A stretch of DNA of 64,000 bases from an uncultured bacterium (GTDB taxonomy: Bacteria > Hydrothermota > UBA3073 > NMUJ01 > CBEVQO01), in contig CBEVQO010000007.1 of NCBI GenBank assembly GCA_965552055.1, forward strand, positions 32,001-96,000, in the 5' to 3' direction. The first letter of the stretch is position 1. Every line of letters begins with the position of its first letter. The position numbers and the translations under genes are program-made. Below, piece by piece: positions 1 through 9,348 of the stretch. The notes under the pieces are model-generated. The model did not search any database, was not told the origin of the DNA, and was given only the letters and a program-made list of their open reading frames with translations.

Positions 1-493
1 GAAGAGATTAATAAACTTGGCGTAAGTTTTAGGGAAACAGTTAAAGATTGCACTGCTACAAGTGAAGGTAGTTATCTGGCTATAGAATACACAAACAAAA
101 AAGAAAATCCTGTTGATATAAAGGTTGATATCCCCAAATCTCTCTCCTATGGTAGAGAAAGGCTAAAAATTTTAGTTTATGATTTAACCATCTTTAAAGA
201 AAGATTTAACCATCTTTAAAGAAATTTTAAAACATAAAAGACCCATGCCGCATTTTTTGATTCATGACGGAGTGCTTCATGGCATAGACCTGAAGACTAA
301 AATACGAATCCTTAACTATGTTTATAAATTATTAAAAACGAGCAATAATCAAGCACAATATATACTAACACTCAATGAGGGAGATGTCATGAGTGAATAC
401 GAAGAAGAAAAATTATTATTTAACTTAAATGAACATATCATCATCAGGTATGAAGACAATCCTGAAAAGATGATATTCAAGAAGGAGTTTTGA
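1..493 (+). pseudogene. 3' part of a DUF2326-like (ABC three-component/Lamassu-type ATPase) gene, frameshifted; truncated by the window start
   Basis: Frame 1 is open from 1 to TAA 217-219. Removing one copy of the 22-bp duplication joins it to ORF 245-493, giving ...ILVYDLTIFKEILKHKRPMPHFLIHDGVLHGID...QYILTLNE, which resembles DUF2326 C-termini (recalled motif, not searched). Confidence 0.6.
181..224 (+). repeat. Exact 22-bp tandem duplication
   Basis: GATTTAACCATCTTTAAAGAAA at 181-202 and 203-224. Confidence 0.95.
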
Positions 494-576
494 TGTAATG
501 GATGATACTAAAAACAAGATTTTTTATATACTTTTGCGACGGCGGGCACTTTCGCAACCCTTCGGCTTACGCCCTC

Positions 577-664
577 ACTTAACAAGCGGGTATCTGGTTT
601 TGCTACGCTTCGCCCAAATCCTTCGCTGCCGCTCAGGACCTCGAATACCCGCTTACCGTTAGGT
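577..664 (+). mobile_element. Integron attC-like recombination site
   Basis: RYYYAAC (ACTTAAC, 577-583) and GTTRRRY (GTTAGGT, 658-664) ends; inner inverted repeat AAGCGGGTAT 584-593 / ATACCCGCTT 645-654; GC-rich 88-bp element in AT-rich DNA just downstream of a gene. Confidence 0.75.
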
Positions 665-733
665 GAAATAGATAGATATTAAATAATAAAATCAAAGGAG
701 TTTAATGAAAGCAATTTTTATATCTCAAGAATT

Positions 734-1066
734 ATGATGTCAAACCAACCAACACTTACTGGCACTTTTTCGATTGAATTAAAAGGGAAAAATAAAAAAT
801 CTGTTTTTATAGAAGGTGCCCCTGATTTGCTTAATTTAATTGCTAATATTTTGATTGATAAGAAAGGAAAAGCTTGGAAGGAGATAAAAGAAACACTTAT
901 TCCAGAGAGTATGCCTATTCTCAATAAACATAAAACAGAAATTATAAATAATGTGCAAAATATAAGAAGCACAATTTCACAACTCAAAAATGAAATAGAC
1001 CAAATAGTTTACCGCCTTTATGGAGTGAATAAATCAGAAATTAAAATTATAGAGGGAAAAAACTAA
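734..1066 (+). pseudogene. Probable C-terminal fragment of a type IIG restriction-modification enzyme
   Basis: Ends in EIDQIVYRLYGVNKSEIKIIEG, typical of type IIG/Eco57I-like R-M C-termini; only 110 aa, with no methyltransferase motifs. Confidence 0.5.
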
Positions 1067-1100
1067 TGTACTCATCAAAGTTGTCGAAACTATAACTCCC

Positions 1101-1127
1101 TTGACTTTCCCACATGGGGAATAAATT
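1101..1127 (+). promoter_or_regulatory. Promoter TTGACT-N15-TAAATT
   Basis: -35 at 1101-1106, -10 at 1122-1127, ATG at 1133 five nt later. Confidence 0.6.
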
Positions 1128-1132
1128 TATGG

Positions 1133-2215
1133 ATGATATTGAGAAGGTATATTTTCTTTGAGTTTTTGCCAAATTTTTTTCTGGGTGTTTTTGTTCTTAC
1201 AGGTATCCTTATAATGAGTCAAATTTTCTCGATTATATGGGAGATTGTTGGGAAAGGTTTGCATGCTTTTACCGTTCTTAAAATCCTCTATTTTGCTTTG
1301 CCTCAAATTCTTTCTTTTTCTATTCCTTCTGCTGTTATGATTGGTGTTGTCATGGGTATCGGTAGATTATCACATGATAACGAAATCGTAGCAATGGAAG
1401 CTGCAGGTTACAATCCCATCAACCTTTTCATTCAGGTATTCACATTTTCCTTTTTTATCTTTTGTTTTTTAATATGGTTTTGCGGATTTTTTACACCAAA
1501 TTCAAATTATAAATTGAGGTCTCTTTATTTTGAAATCGCAAAGAAAAAACCTGTTTTCAGATTAAAAGCTTTCTGCAAATGCGAAAATTTATCGGGATAT
1601 GATATCTTCCCGAGAGATGTAAATTACAGAACTCAGGAAGTTAAAAACATAACGATTTATGATAGAAAAGAAAAAAGATTTATTTTTGCAAAATACTGCA
1701 AAGTTTATTCTTCTCCTGATTTTATAATTTTAAAACTGCGTGATGGATGGATCGAAGAAGGAAATTTTGAAGAATTCGAAAGGATAAGATTTAAAACTTA
1801 CACCCTGAAGATAAAATACGGCGAAAAAGAAAGGAAAACAAAGTTATCGAAAATTGACGATGAACTTACACTTTTTGAGTTGTGGAAAAGAATTAAGAAA
1901 GAAAAAAAGAAAAGGGGTCGAATTTTCACATATAGATTGAGGAGATATTTTACAGAATTTCACAAAAAAATATCCCTTTCTTTCAGTGCTTTTGTTCTTG
2001 CTCTTACCGGTTTATTACTTTCTTTGAGGTTTCGTCGTGCAGGTAAGATTTATGGCTTTGGAATATCCGTTCCTTTCTTTTTGTTTTATTATTCTGCTTT
2101 CGTGGGGATGGAGGGACTCGGGGATAGGGGGGTCATCTCCCCTGCTTTTGCAATGTGGTTACCAAATTTAATTGTGCTAATTTTCTCCTTTATTCTATAT
2201 AAGTGGAAAAGTTAA
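1133..2215 (+). CDS. lptF: LPS export ABC transporter permease, LptF/LptG family
   Basis: ILRRYIF start, GRLSHDNEIVAMEAAG, AMWLPN; six-TM layout. Confidence 0.85.
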   Translation: MILRRYIFFEFLPNFFLGVFVLTGILIMSQIFSIIWEIVGKGLHAFTVLKILYFALPQILSFSIPSAVMIGVVMGIGRLSHDNEIVAMEAAGYNPINLFIQVFTFSFFIFCFLIWFCGFFTPNSNYKLRSLYFEIAKKKPVFRLKAFCKCENLSGYDIFPRDVNYRTQEVKNITIYDRKEKRFIFAKYCKVYSSPDFIILKLRDGWIEEGNFEEFERIRFKTYTLKIKYGEKERKTKLSKIDDELTLFELWKRIKKEKKKRGRIFTYRLRRYFTEFHKKISLSFSAFVLALTGLLLSLRFRRAGKIYGFGISVPFFLFYYSAFVGMEGLGDRGVISPAFAMWLPNLIVLIFSFILYKWKS

Positions 2216-2661
2216 TCTATCTCAAAACCGTATTTTTGTGGATTTTCCATTAAATCTTTAATTGCTTTCATGAATGGGTTAAAATCTTCCAATTTTTCTC
2301 TTAATATCTTGTAAATTTCTTCTGGGGTTATATCTGCGTAAAAGTGGGTTAACCTGTTTCTATATCCTGCCATTTTTACGAGTTTATCTTTTGCATAATC
2401 TTCATCAACTATCCCCATTTCTCCCAATTTTATCGCAATATCTTTGTAATGAACCACTCTGTTTCCTGTTTTGCGTGAAACAATATGAGCTCCTATATTG
2501 AAAACGCCTTCCAATGCTCTTCTCAAATAAAATTGTGCTAATGCAAAGTTATCCTCTTCTTTGAATTCCTCAAAATCTTTTTCTGCTAACTTTTTTAACT
2601 TTTCAAGGTCATGCTGTATTCCATCCAGTCGAGGCAAAATTACTTCTTTCTTAATTTTCAT
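2212..2661 (-). CDS. hepT: HEPN RNase toxin (HepT/DUF86)
   Basis: RX4HXY motif RNRLTHFY; overlaps the MNT gene. Confidence 0.85.
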   Translation of the reverse strand: MKIKKEVILPRLDGIQHDLEKLKKLAEKDFEEFKEEDNFALAQFYLRRALEGVFNIGAHIVSRKTGNRVVHYKDIAIKLGEMGIVDEDYAKDKLVKMAGYRNRLTHFYADITPEEIYKILREKLEDFNPFMKAIKDLMENPQKYGFEID

Positions 2662-3080
2662 TTTATCCTCTCGAGTATCGCTTTATCAAATATTTTTAAA
2701 ATAGGTTGAAAGTCCGCAAATAATAAGATAACTCTATCTTCGTATTTCACTCTAAAATCAAAATCTTTTTCATAAATTAAAATTCCTTCTGCAACAGCTG
2801 CTGACTGAATGTTTAAAGGTGCTTTTTGAAGAAAAACTATATCTATCTTATCCTGATATTCTGGCAAAATATCTGTTAAAATATCGTAAATTTTGGCATA
2901 CAAATCAAAAGAACTTTGCAAAATTTTTTTATCGGTGAATACTATCCCGATGTCTATGTCGGATAAAGGGGTTTGTGTTCCTTCTGCATAAGAGCCGAAA
3001 AGATAAATCAATCCAATTTTTAACTCATCTAAATTATAATTTTTAAGTCCCTTTTTTAATTTTTCCACTATTTCCATCAT
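2658..3080 (-). CDS. mntA: Minimal nucleotidyltransferase antitoxin (MntA-like); likely start 3077
   Basis: GSX10DXD motif: LFGSYAEGTQTPLSDIDI. Confidence 0.85.
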   Translation of the reverse strand: MMEIVEKLKKGLKNYNLDELKIGLIYLFGSYAEGTQTPLSDIDIGIVFTDKKILQSSFDLYAKIYDILTDILPEYQDKIDIVFLQKAPLNIQSAAVAEGILIYEKDFDFRVKYEDRVILLFADFQPILKIFDKAILERIK

Positions 3081-3082
3081 TT

Positions 3083-3154
3083 ATTATAATTATGATTTTG
3101 AAGTGTCAAGTTGATTTACATTTTATCTTGACTTTTTCAATTAGCATGTATAAT
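3083..3154. promoter_or_regulatory. Back-to-back divergent promoters, both with 15-bp spacers
   Basis: Minus strand: TTGACA 3109-3104, TATAAT 3088-3083, ATG 3077. Plus strand: TTGACT 3128-3133, TATAAT 3149-3154, ATG 3160. Confidence 0.7.
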
Positions 3155-3159
3155 AAAGG

Positions 3160-3657
3160 ATGGGAGTATTGATTTTCATAGGATTAATTTGTGCCACTGA
3201 ACTCGATAGAATAGAAAAACGATTGGAAAGAATGGAAGAGAAAATGGTTACAAGAGAGGAATTCAAACTGTTTGTCGAGATGACAAACAAAAGATTTACT
3301 GACCTGCAAAACTATATGGATAAAAGATTTGAGGATATCTATAAAAGGTTTGAGGATATGAACAGGAGATTTATAGACCTTCAGAATTATATGGATAAAA
3401 GATTTGAGGATATGAATAAAAGGTTTGAGGATATTATGAAGATTTTGAGTGCGATTATTGGGCTTATTGGTGCCATGATCGGGATACTTATTTATCTTGC
3501 TGTCATGATTGGTAGAGTATCGAGGGAGATTGCCGAAATAAAGAGGATAAAGCCCATCGACAGGGAAACTCTGCGTGAATTCCTGCCACGCTTCATCGAA
3601 GCAATAAAAGAATATCCAGATATAAGAAAAGAACTCGTTGAGGCATTGAAAGGATGA
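3160..3657 (+). CDS. Coiled-coil repeat membrane protein, paralog 1
   Basis: RFED heptad repeats followed by a hydrophobic segment ILSAIIGLIGAMIGILIYLAVMIG. Confidence 0.7.
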   Translation: MGVLIFIGLICATELDRIEKRLERMEEKMVTREEFKLFVEMTNKRFTDLQNYMDKRFEDIYKRFEDMNRRFIDLQNYMDKRFEDMNKRFEDIMKILSAIIGLIGAMIGILIYLAVMIGRVSREIAEIKRIKPIDRETLREFLPRFIEAIKEYPDIRKELVEALKG

Positions 3658-4079
3658 TGTGTGCATTTATCCTGATAGGCTTAATTTTAGCAAACGAACT
3701 CAATAAAATAGAAAAACGATTGGAAAGAATGGAAGAGAAAATGGTTACAAGAGAGGAATTTAAATTATTTGTTGAAATGACAAATCAAAGATTTATTGAC
3801 CTTCGAAACTATATGGATAAAAGATTTGAGGATATGAATAAGAGGTTTGAGGATATTATGAAGATTTTGAGTGCGATTATTGGGCTTATTGGTGCTATGA
3901 TTGGAATACTTATTTATCTTGCTGTCATGATTGGTAGGGTATCGAGGGAGATTGCCGAAATAAAGAGGATAAAGCCCATCGACAGGGAAACTCTGCGTGA
4001 ATTCTTACCTCGATTCATTGAAGCAATTAAAGAATATCCCGATATAAGAAAAGAACTCGTTGAGGCATTGAAAGGATAA
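3654..4079 (+). CDS. Coiled-coil repeat membrane protein, paralog 2
   Basis: Near-identical to 3160-3657 but lacking one 25-aa repeat block. Confidence 0.7.
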   Translation: MMCAFILIGLILANELNKIEKRLERMEEKMVTREEFKLFVEMTNQRFIDLRNYMDKRFEDMNKRFEDIMKILSAIIGLIGAMIGILIYLAVMIGRVSREIAEIKRIKPIDRETLREFLPRFIEAIKEYPDIRKELVEALKG

Positions 4080-4109
4080 TTTGCGAGGGCTTGCCCGAGC
4101 ACATTACAT

Positions 4110-5210
4110 ATGGGTTATAAAGGTAGGCTAAAAATAATAGATAAATATTTAATCAGAGAATATTTTAAAGGTGTCCTTATTGCTTCTTCTGGCATAACTC
4201 TCATTTATTTAATTTTTGATGCTTTTGAGCGTATCCACTATTTTATCTCGAAAAATGTCAAATTTATTTATATTCTTGAGTATTATGGACTTTTATTTCC
4301 CTGGGTTTTATTTTCGATGATGCTACCACTTGCATCTATCCTTGCCTGTTTTATGTCAATCGGTGTTCTTTCGCGCAATAGAGAAACAATTGCTTTGCGT
4401 GCACTCGGAGTGCGTAATTTCCGCATTTTCTTACCCATATTCTTTTGTGGTGCCATGCTTTCTCTTTTGAACTTTGTGCTTCTTGACAAAGTAGGTGCTC
4501 CTTTTTATCGTCTTTCTTATGAATTTGAATTGAGAAGGATTAAAAAAATTCGCCGTCCACGCTTTATGAGGAGATTCAATGTTTATTATCAGGGTGAAGG
4601 AAGATTTTATAGAATTAGGATGGTTGACCCTCAAAAGAACAAACTTTCCGATATTACGATTTGTGAGTTTGACAGTGCTTTTAATTTGCTACGCAGGATT
4701 GATGCCAAAATCGGGTATTTTGATTCTACTTTCCTTGTGCTACAAAAAGGTGCTTTGCGTGAAGTTTATGGAAACTCCGAGAAAATAGTTGAATTTAAGG
4801 AAATGAAATTGAGAGTTAAAGAAAAAATTACCGATTTTTCTAAAGAAACTTTGCCTGTTGATGCTATGGATTTAAATGAATTACAGGAATTCATAAGAAG
4901 GATTAGATTGAGCGGTGAAGAGCCATCTAAGATTTTGATAGATTATTATCTGCGATATGCTCTGCCCTGTACATGTGTCATCTCTGCTGGCTTTGGTGCA
5001 CCTCTTGCCGATATGGTTTATAAAATTGGACTCGGTGGAGGAATTGCACTTTCTCTATTTTTCGCCTTCCTGTACTGGGGAATAATTCAGCTTGGCAAAG
5101 CGTTATCGAAAGCCGGCTTTCTAAATCCCGTGTTAGGTGCATGGTTACCCAACTTTATTTTTTTACTCGTTGGGATTTTCATTTTAATAAGAAGTAAGGA
5201 AATAGGATGA
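4110..5210 (+). CDS. lptG: LPS export ABC transporter permease, LptF/LptG family
   Basis: KIIDKYLIREY, LSRNRETIALRALGV, GAWLPN. Confidence 0.85.
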   Translation: MGYKGRLKIIDKYLIREYFKGVLIASSGITLIYLIFDAFERIHYFISKNVKFIYILEYYGLLFPWVLFSMMLPLASILACFMSIGVLSRNRETIALRALGVRNFRIFLPIFFCGAMLSLLNFVLLDKVGAPFYRLSYEFELRRIKKIRRPRFMRRFNVYYQGEGRFYRIRMVDPQKNKLSDITICEFDSAFNLLRRIDAKIGYFDSTFLVLQKGALREVYGNSEKIVEFKEMKLRVKEKITDFSKETLPVDAMDLNELQEFIRRIRLSGEEPSKILIDYYLRYALPCTCVISAGFGAPLADMVYKIGLGGGIALSLFFAFLYWGIIQLGKALSKAGFLNPVLGAWLPNFIFLLVGIFILIRSKEIG

Positions 5211-8200
5211 AGTGTCCTAAATGTGGCTTTGACAATCCTTCCAATTTTAAGTTTTGTGGAAATTGTGGTACATCGCTGATTGAAAAAGAAATCCCCCGTA
5301 TGCCTGTTGAACTTAAGAGGAAAATTGATTTTGAGCGTGAAAGATTAAAGGGAGCAAGGAAGAAAGTTGCTGTTATGTTTGCAGATGTTTCGGGTTTTAC
5401 CTCTTTATGCGAAAAACTTGACCCCGAAGAAGTAACAAATTTAATGAACAATCTTTTTGAAAGATTCGGCGAAATAATTTACAGATATGAAGGATATATT
5501 GACAAATATATTGGTGATTGTGTTATGGCACTTTTTGGTGCTCCTATTTCACATGAAGATGATGCACTTCGTGCGGTACTGTGTGCAATTGACATGATGT
5601 CCGAGGTAAAGCAATTTGAAGGCTTATCTTTATCTATCGGGATAAATTTTGGTGAAGTAGTTGCAGGTGGAGTAGGTTCACATCACAAACTCCAATATAC
5701 TGTTATGGGAGATACAGTAAATCTTGCTCAGCGCTTACAATCTGTAGCAGGGGCAGGCGAAATTTATGTGAGTGAAAAAATTTACGAACTTACTAAATCC
5801 GAAATAGAATATGAAAAATTGCCTCCTTTGAAGTTAAAAGGAAAATCTTATTTAATAACTGCTTTTAAACCCGTTAAGGTAAAAGCAAAACATATGCTCA
5901 GAAGGATAAAAGAAATACCAATGATAGGCAGAGACAAGGAAATGGAAATTTTATTGAAGCTTTATGAAGATGTTAAAAGAGGCGAAAGTCGTGTTGTCTC
6001 AATCACAGGTGAAGCTGGTATTGGCAAATCCAAACTTGCTAATGAATTTGTTAATAAAATTTTGGAAGATAAAATAACTCTCATCGAAACAAGAGGAATT
6101 GATTATTTAAAAAATGCAGAATTATGGACTTTAAAGGATTTTTTACGCAAACTCATTAAAATAGAAGAAAAAGACCCTTCAGCAATATCACAAAAAATCG
6201 AATCGTTCATCAAAAAATACAATCAACCTGAAATTCTCACAAGAATTTTAAAATGGATGCTCGGCGGAGAAATAAGCGAAATTGAAAAGAGAAGTATTGA
6301 ACAGATAGAAAAAGATAACAGAAATTACATTCTTTTCAGAGGATTATCACTAATTCTTAAAAATATCGCAAAATTTCCCCTTATTTTAATATTTGATGAT
6401 GTGCAATGGATTGACATTAATACAAGAGAATTTTTATCTTTTCTTATTAAATCAATAGAAAAATCAAAAATAATGCTGATATTGATTCAGCGTCCATATT
6501 CTGACTATATCCTTCCTGAACTTGAACATTGTGTTTATATAAATTTACAACCACTGAAGAAAAAAGAGGTTGAAAAACTTGCTTCCGCCATTATAAAGTC
6601 AAATAAGATAGACGAAAAATTGGAAAAAATTCTAATAGAAAGAAGCGAAGGAAATCCTTTTTATCTTGAAGAATTTGTTACAATGCTTTTAAACAGTAAT
6701 CTAATTGATATAGAAGGAAATGTAGCAAAGTTAAAAGGAGAAATCAAAAATATACCAATTAAACTTGAGGAACTAATTCTCGCAAAAGTTGATAAACTGG
6801 ACGATGAATCAAAATATATTCTTGAACTCGCTTCGGTAATAGGACATGAATTTTCTACAAAATTACTCGAAAATCTAACAGAATATGCCATAAATATAAA
6901 AAGCGTTTTGAAAAATATCGAAAATAAAGGTCTTATTGAAAATATAACAAAAGATTTATCAAAAATTCTCGAAGGCGATGAAGAATATGCTTTCAAACAC
7001 ATAATAATCCGTGATGTTATTTACAATACAATCTTGAAAAGTTTAAGAAAAGATTATCACAGGAAAGTGGCAAATGCCATTGAAAATATTTATAAAGATA
7101 ACATCGAAAATTACTACGAGTTGCTAATCCATCATTTTAAAATTGGTGAAGAAAAAGAAAAGTATATGAAATATCTTTTGAAATTCGGTGAAAAAATGTC
7201 AAAAGAAGGAAATTACAAAAAGGCAGAGGAATTATATGAAGAATGGATGCGGAACTATGGGAATCTACATGCCGGAGAAGAAGGCATAAGTAATTTGATA
7301 AAATTAATAGGAATTAAGACAAAATTAGCAAAATATAAAGAAGTTGAAGAGATATTCGAAAAAATTGAAAGAGATTATAAAGATTTGTTAAAAGACGACA
7401 TCCTTATTGAATTTTTGCTGGAAAAAAGCTGGTTTGAAGGTGAAACGGGTAAATACGATAAAATGCTGGAAACAGGTGAAGAATGTCTCAGATTAATAGA
7501 AAAATCGAAGCATAATGAAGAAACAAAATCAAATTGTCTTAATAACATTGGAAGGGCTTATCGTCTCAAGGGCGAATACAAAAAGGCTATTGAATGCTAT
7601 GAAAAAGCACTTGAAATAAGATTAAAAATAACAGGTGAAAATCATCCAGATACCGCTACAATTTACAATAACATAGGGGAAGCATATTATTACAAAGGAG
7701 AATATGATAGAGCAATTGAATTTTATAAAAAGGCAGTAAAGATAAGGGCTCAAACATTGGGCGAAATGCATCCTGATATTGCCACAAGTTACAACGATAT
7801 TGGAATGGCTTATTTTTACAAAGGAGAATATGATAAAGCAATAGAATGTTATAAAAAAGCGGTAAAAATAAGAATCCATACATTGGGTGAAATGCATCCT
7901 TACACTGCTTCAAGTTATAATAACATAGGAGTAGCATATTACGGAAAAGGAGAACATGATAAATCTATCGAATATTACCAAAAAGCTTTAAAAATAAGAT
8001 TAAAAACATTGGGAGAAACACATCCTGACATTGCTGCGAGTTATAATAATATTGGAGGAGCATATCAATCAAAGGGTGACCATGATAAGGCAATTAAATA
8101 TTTTGAAAAAGCAGTTGAGATAGAATTGAAAACATTAGGAGAAATTCATCCGAATACTGCTATAACCTATAATAATATAGGTGAATCTTATCATTTGAAA

Positions 8201-8524
8201 GGTGAATATGATAAGGCGATTGAATATTTTGAAAAAGCCCTTAAAATAAAATTAAAAACAATAGGAGAAGCACATCCACATACTGCTATCTGTTACAACA
8301 ATATCGGTGAAGCATATCATTGCAAAGGCGAATATGATAAAGCTATTGAGTATCGTGAGAAAGCGAGAGAAATATGGGAAAAGGTGCTGGGAGAAATATT
8401 AATAAAAGTGGGCAGAAAGGAAGAAGCAAAGCAAAATCTTAAAAAAGCACTTGAGATTTTCATGAAACATAAATTGAAAGATAGAATAAAAGAAGTAGAA
8501 GAAATTTTGAAAAATATTTTATGA
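5207..8524 (+). CDS. Zinc-ribbon / class III adenylate cyclase / STAND-type ATPase / TPR protein
   Basis: CPKC..CGNC; FADVSGFT, KYIGDC, YTVMGDTVNLAQR; Walker A GEAGIGKS, Walker B LIFDDVQW; seven 42-aa NNIG/NDIG TPR units. Confidence 0.9.
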   Translation: MKCPKCGFDNPSNFKFCGNCGTSLIEKEIPRMPVELKRKIDFERERLKGARKKVAVMFADVSGFTSLCEKLDPEEVTNLMNNLFERFGEIIYRYEGYIDKYIGDCVMALFGAPISHEDDALRAVLCAIDMMSEVKQFEGLSLSIGINFGEVVAGGVGSHHKLQYTVMGDTVNLAQRLQSVAGAGEIYVSEKIYELTKSEIEYEKLPPLKLKGKSYLITAFKPVKVKAKHMLRRIKEIPMIGRDKEMEILLKLYEDVKRGESRVVSITGEAGIGKSKLANEFVNKILEDKITLIETRGIDYLKNAELWTLKDFLRKLIKIEEKDPSAISQKIESFIKKYNQPEILTRILKWMLGGEISEIEKRSIEQIEKDNRNYILFRGLSLILKNIAKFPLILIFDDVQWIDINTREFLSFLIKSIEKSKIMLILIQRPYSDYILPELEHCVYINLQPLKKKEVEKLASAIIKSNKIDEKLEKILIERSEGNPFYLEEFVTMLLNSNLIDIEGNVAKLKGEIKNIPIKLEELILAKVDKLDDESKYILELASVIGHEFSTKLLENLTEYAINIKSVLKNIENKGLIENITKDLSKILEGDEEYAFKHIIIRDVIYNTILKSLRKDYHRKVANAIENIYKDNIENYYELLIHHFKIGEEKEKYMKYLLKFGEKMSKEGNYKKAEELYEEWMRNYGNLHAGEEGISNLIKLIGIKTKLAKYKEVEEIFEKIERDYKDLLKDDILIEFLLEKSWFEGETGKYDKMLETGEECLRLIEKSKHNEETKSNCLNNIGRAYRLKGEYKKAIECYEKALEIRLKITGENHPDTATIYNNIGEAYYYKGEYDRAIEFYKKAVKIRAQTLGEMHPDIATSYNDIGMAYFYKGEYDKAIECYKKAVKIRIHTLGEMHPYTASSYNNIGVAYYGKGEHDKSIEYYQKALKIRLKTLGETHPDIAASYNNIGGAYQSKGDHDKAIKYFEKAVEIELKTLGEIHPNTAITYNNIGESYHLKGEYDKAIEYFEKALKIKLKTIGEAHPHTAICYNNIGEAYHCKGEYDKAIEYREKAREIWEKVLGEILIKVGRKEEAKQNLKKALEIFMKHKLKDRIKEVEEILKNIL

Positions 8525-9303
8525 CAAGGGAAGAATTAATAAAAATCTTGTCGTCGCTGGGTATGAAGCCTTTAAAGTCGCAGGGTCAATGTTTTTTGCT
8601 TGAAGAGAGTATTGCAGACAAAATGGTGGAAGCTGCTGAAGTCGGGGAAAATGACAAAGTTCTTGAAGTGGGACCAGGTCTTGGCACATTATCACGCAGA
8701 ATTATACCAAAAGGATGCAAATATATAGGTGTTGAGAAAGACCCGCGATTTATAATCTGGCTAAAAAGAAATTATGAAAAGGAAAATGCCAAATTCATAA
8801 GAGGAGATGCATTATTTATGTCGCCAAAAGATTTATTTGATTTGAAAGAAGACGAAAAAATAGTTTTGATATCAAACACTCCCTTTTCCATAACATCACA
8901 ATTTTTATTGTGGATTTTGAAGAATAAAGAATTTATAAAAAGATGCGTTATAACATTGCAAAAAGAAGTTGTTGAGCGCTTACTTGCGAAACCGCTTTCG
9001 GAAATTTATTGCGCTATGAGTGTGATAATGCAGGTGCATTTCGATATTGAATTGCTTTTCAAAATAAGAAGATTATATTTCTATCCCCGTCCAAAAGTTA
9101 CACCATGTGTAATAAGGATGTTTCCAAAAGATTTAAAATTTGATTACGGTTTTTACGATTTCATGCATAAAGTTTTCAAACACAGGATGAAGCTTTTAAA
9201 AAATGTTATAAGATGTGAAATCAACCGCAGGGTTTATGAACTGGAACCCTATGAATTTGTAAAGCTTTATGAGATAATGAAAAAGAAAAATTTAAAAAAA
9301 TAA
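8521..9303 (+). CDS. rsmA: 16S rRNA adenine dimethyltransferase
   Basis: GQCFL, VLEVGPGLG, SNTPFSIT, FYPRPKV. Confidence 0.9.
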   Translation: MTREELIKILSSLGMKPLKSQGQCFLLEESIADKMVEAAEVGENDKVLEVGPGLGTLSRRIIPKGCKYIGVEKDPRFIIWLKRNYEKENAKFIRGDALFMSPKDLFDLKEDEKIVLISNTPFSITSQFLLWILKNKEFIKRCVITLQKEVVERLLAKPLSEIYCAMSVIMQVHFDIELLFKIRRLYFYPRPKVTPCVIRMFPKDLKFDYGFYDFMHKVFKHRMKLLKNVIRCEINRRVYELEPYEFVKLYEIMKKKNLKK

Positions 9304-9348
9304 TTTGACAATTTAAATTTTTAGCTTACAATTAGAAATGGAGGAATT

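Noticed and set aside
7540..8390. Periodic 126-bp DNA repeats as a possible CRISPR array
   Set aside because: Degenerate, in-frame TPR-coding repeats with no spacers and no cas genes.
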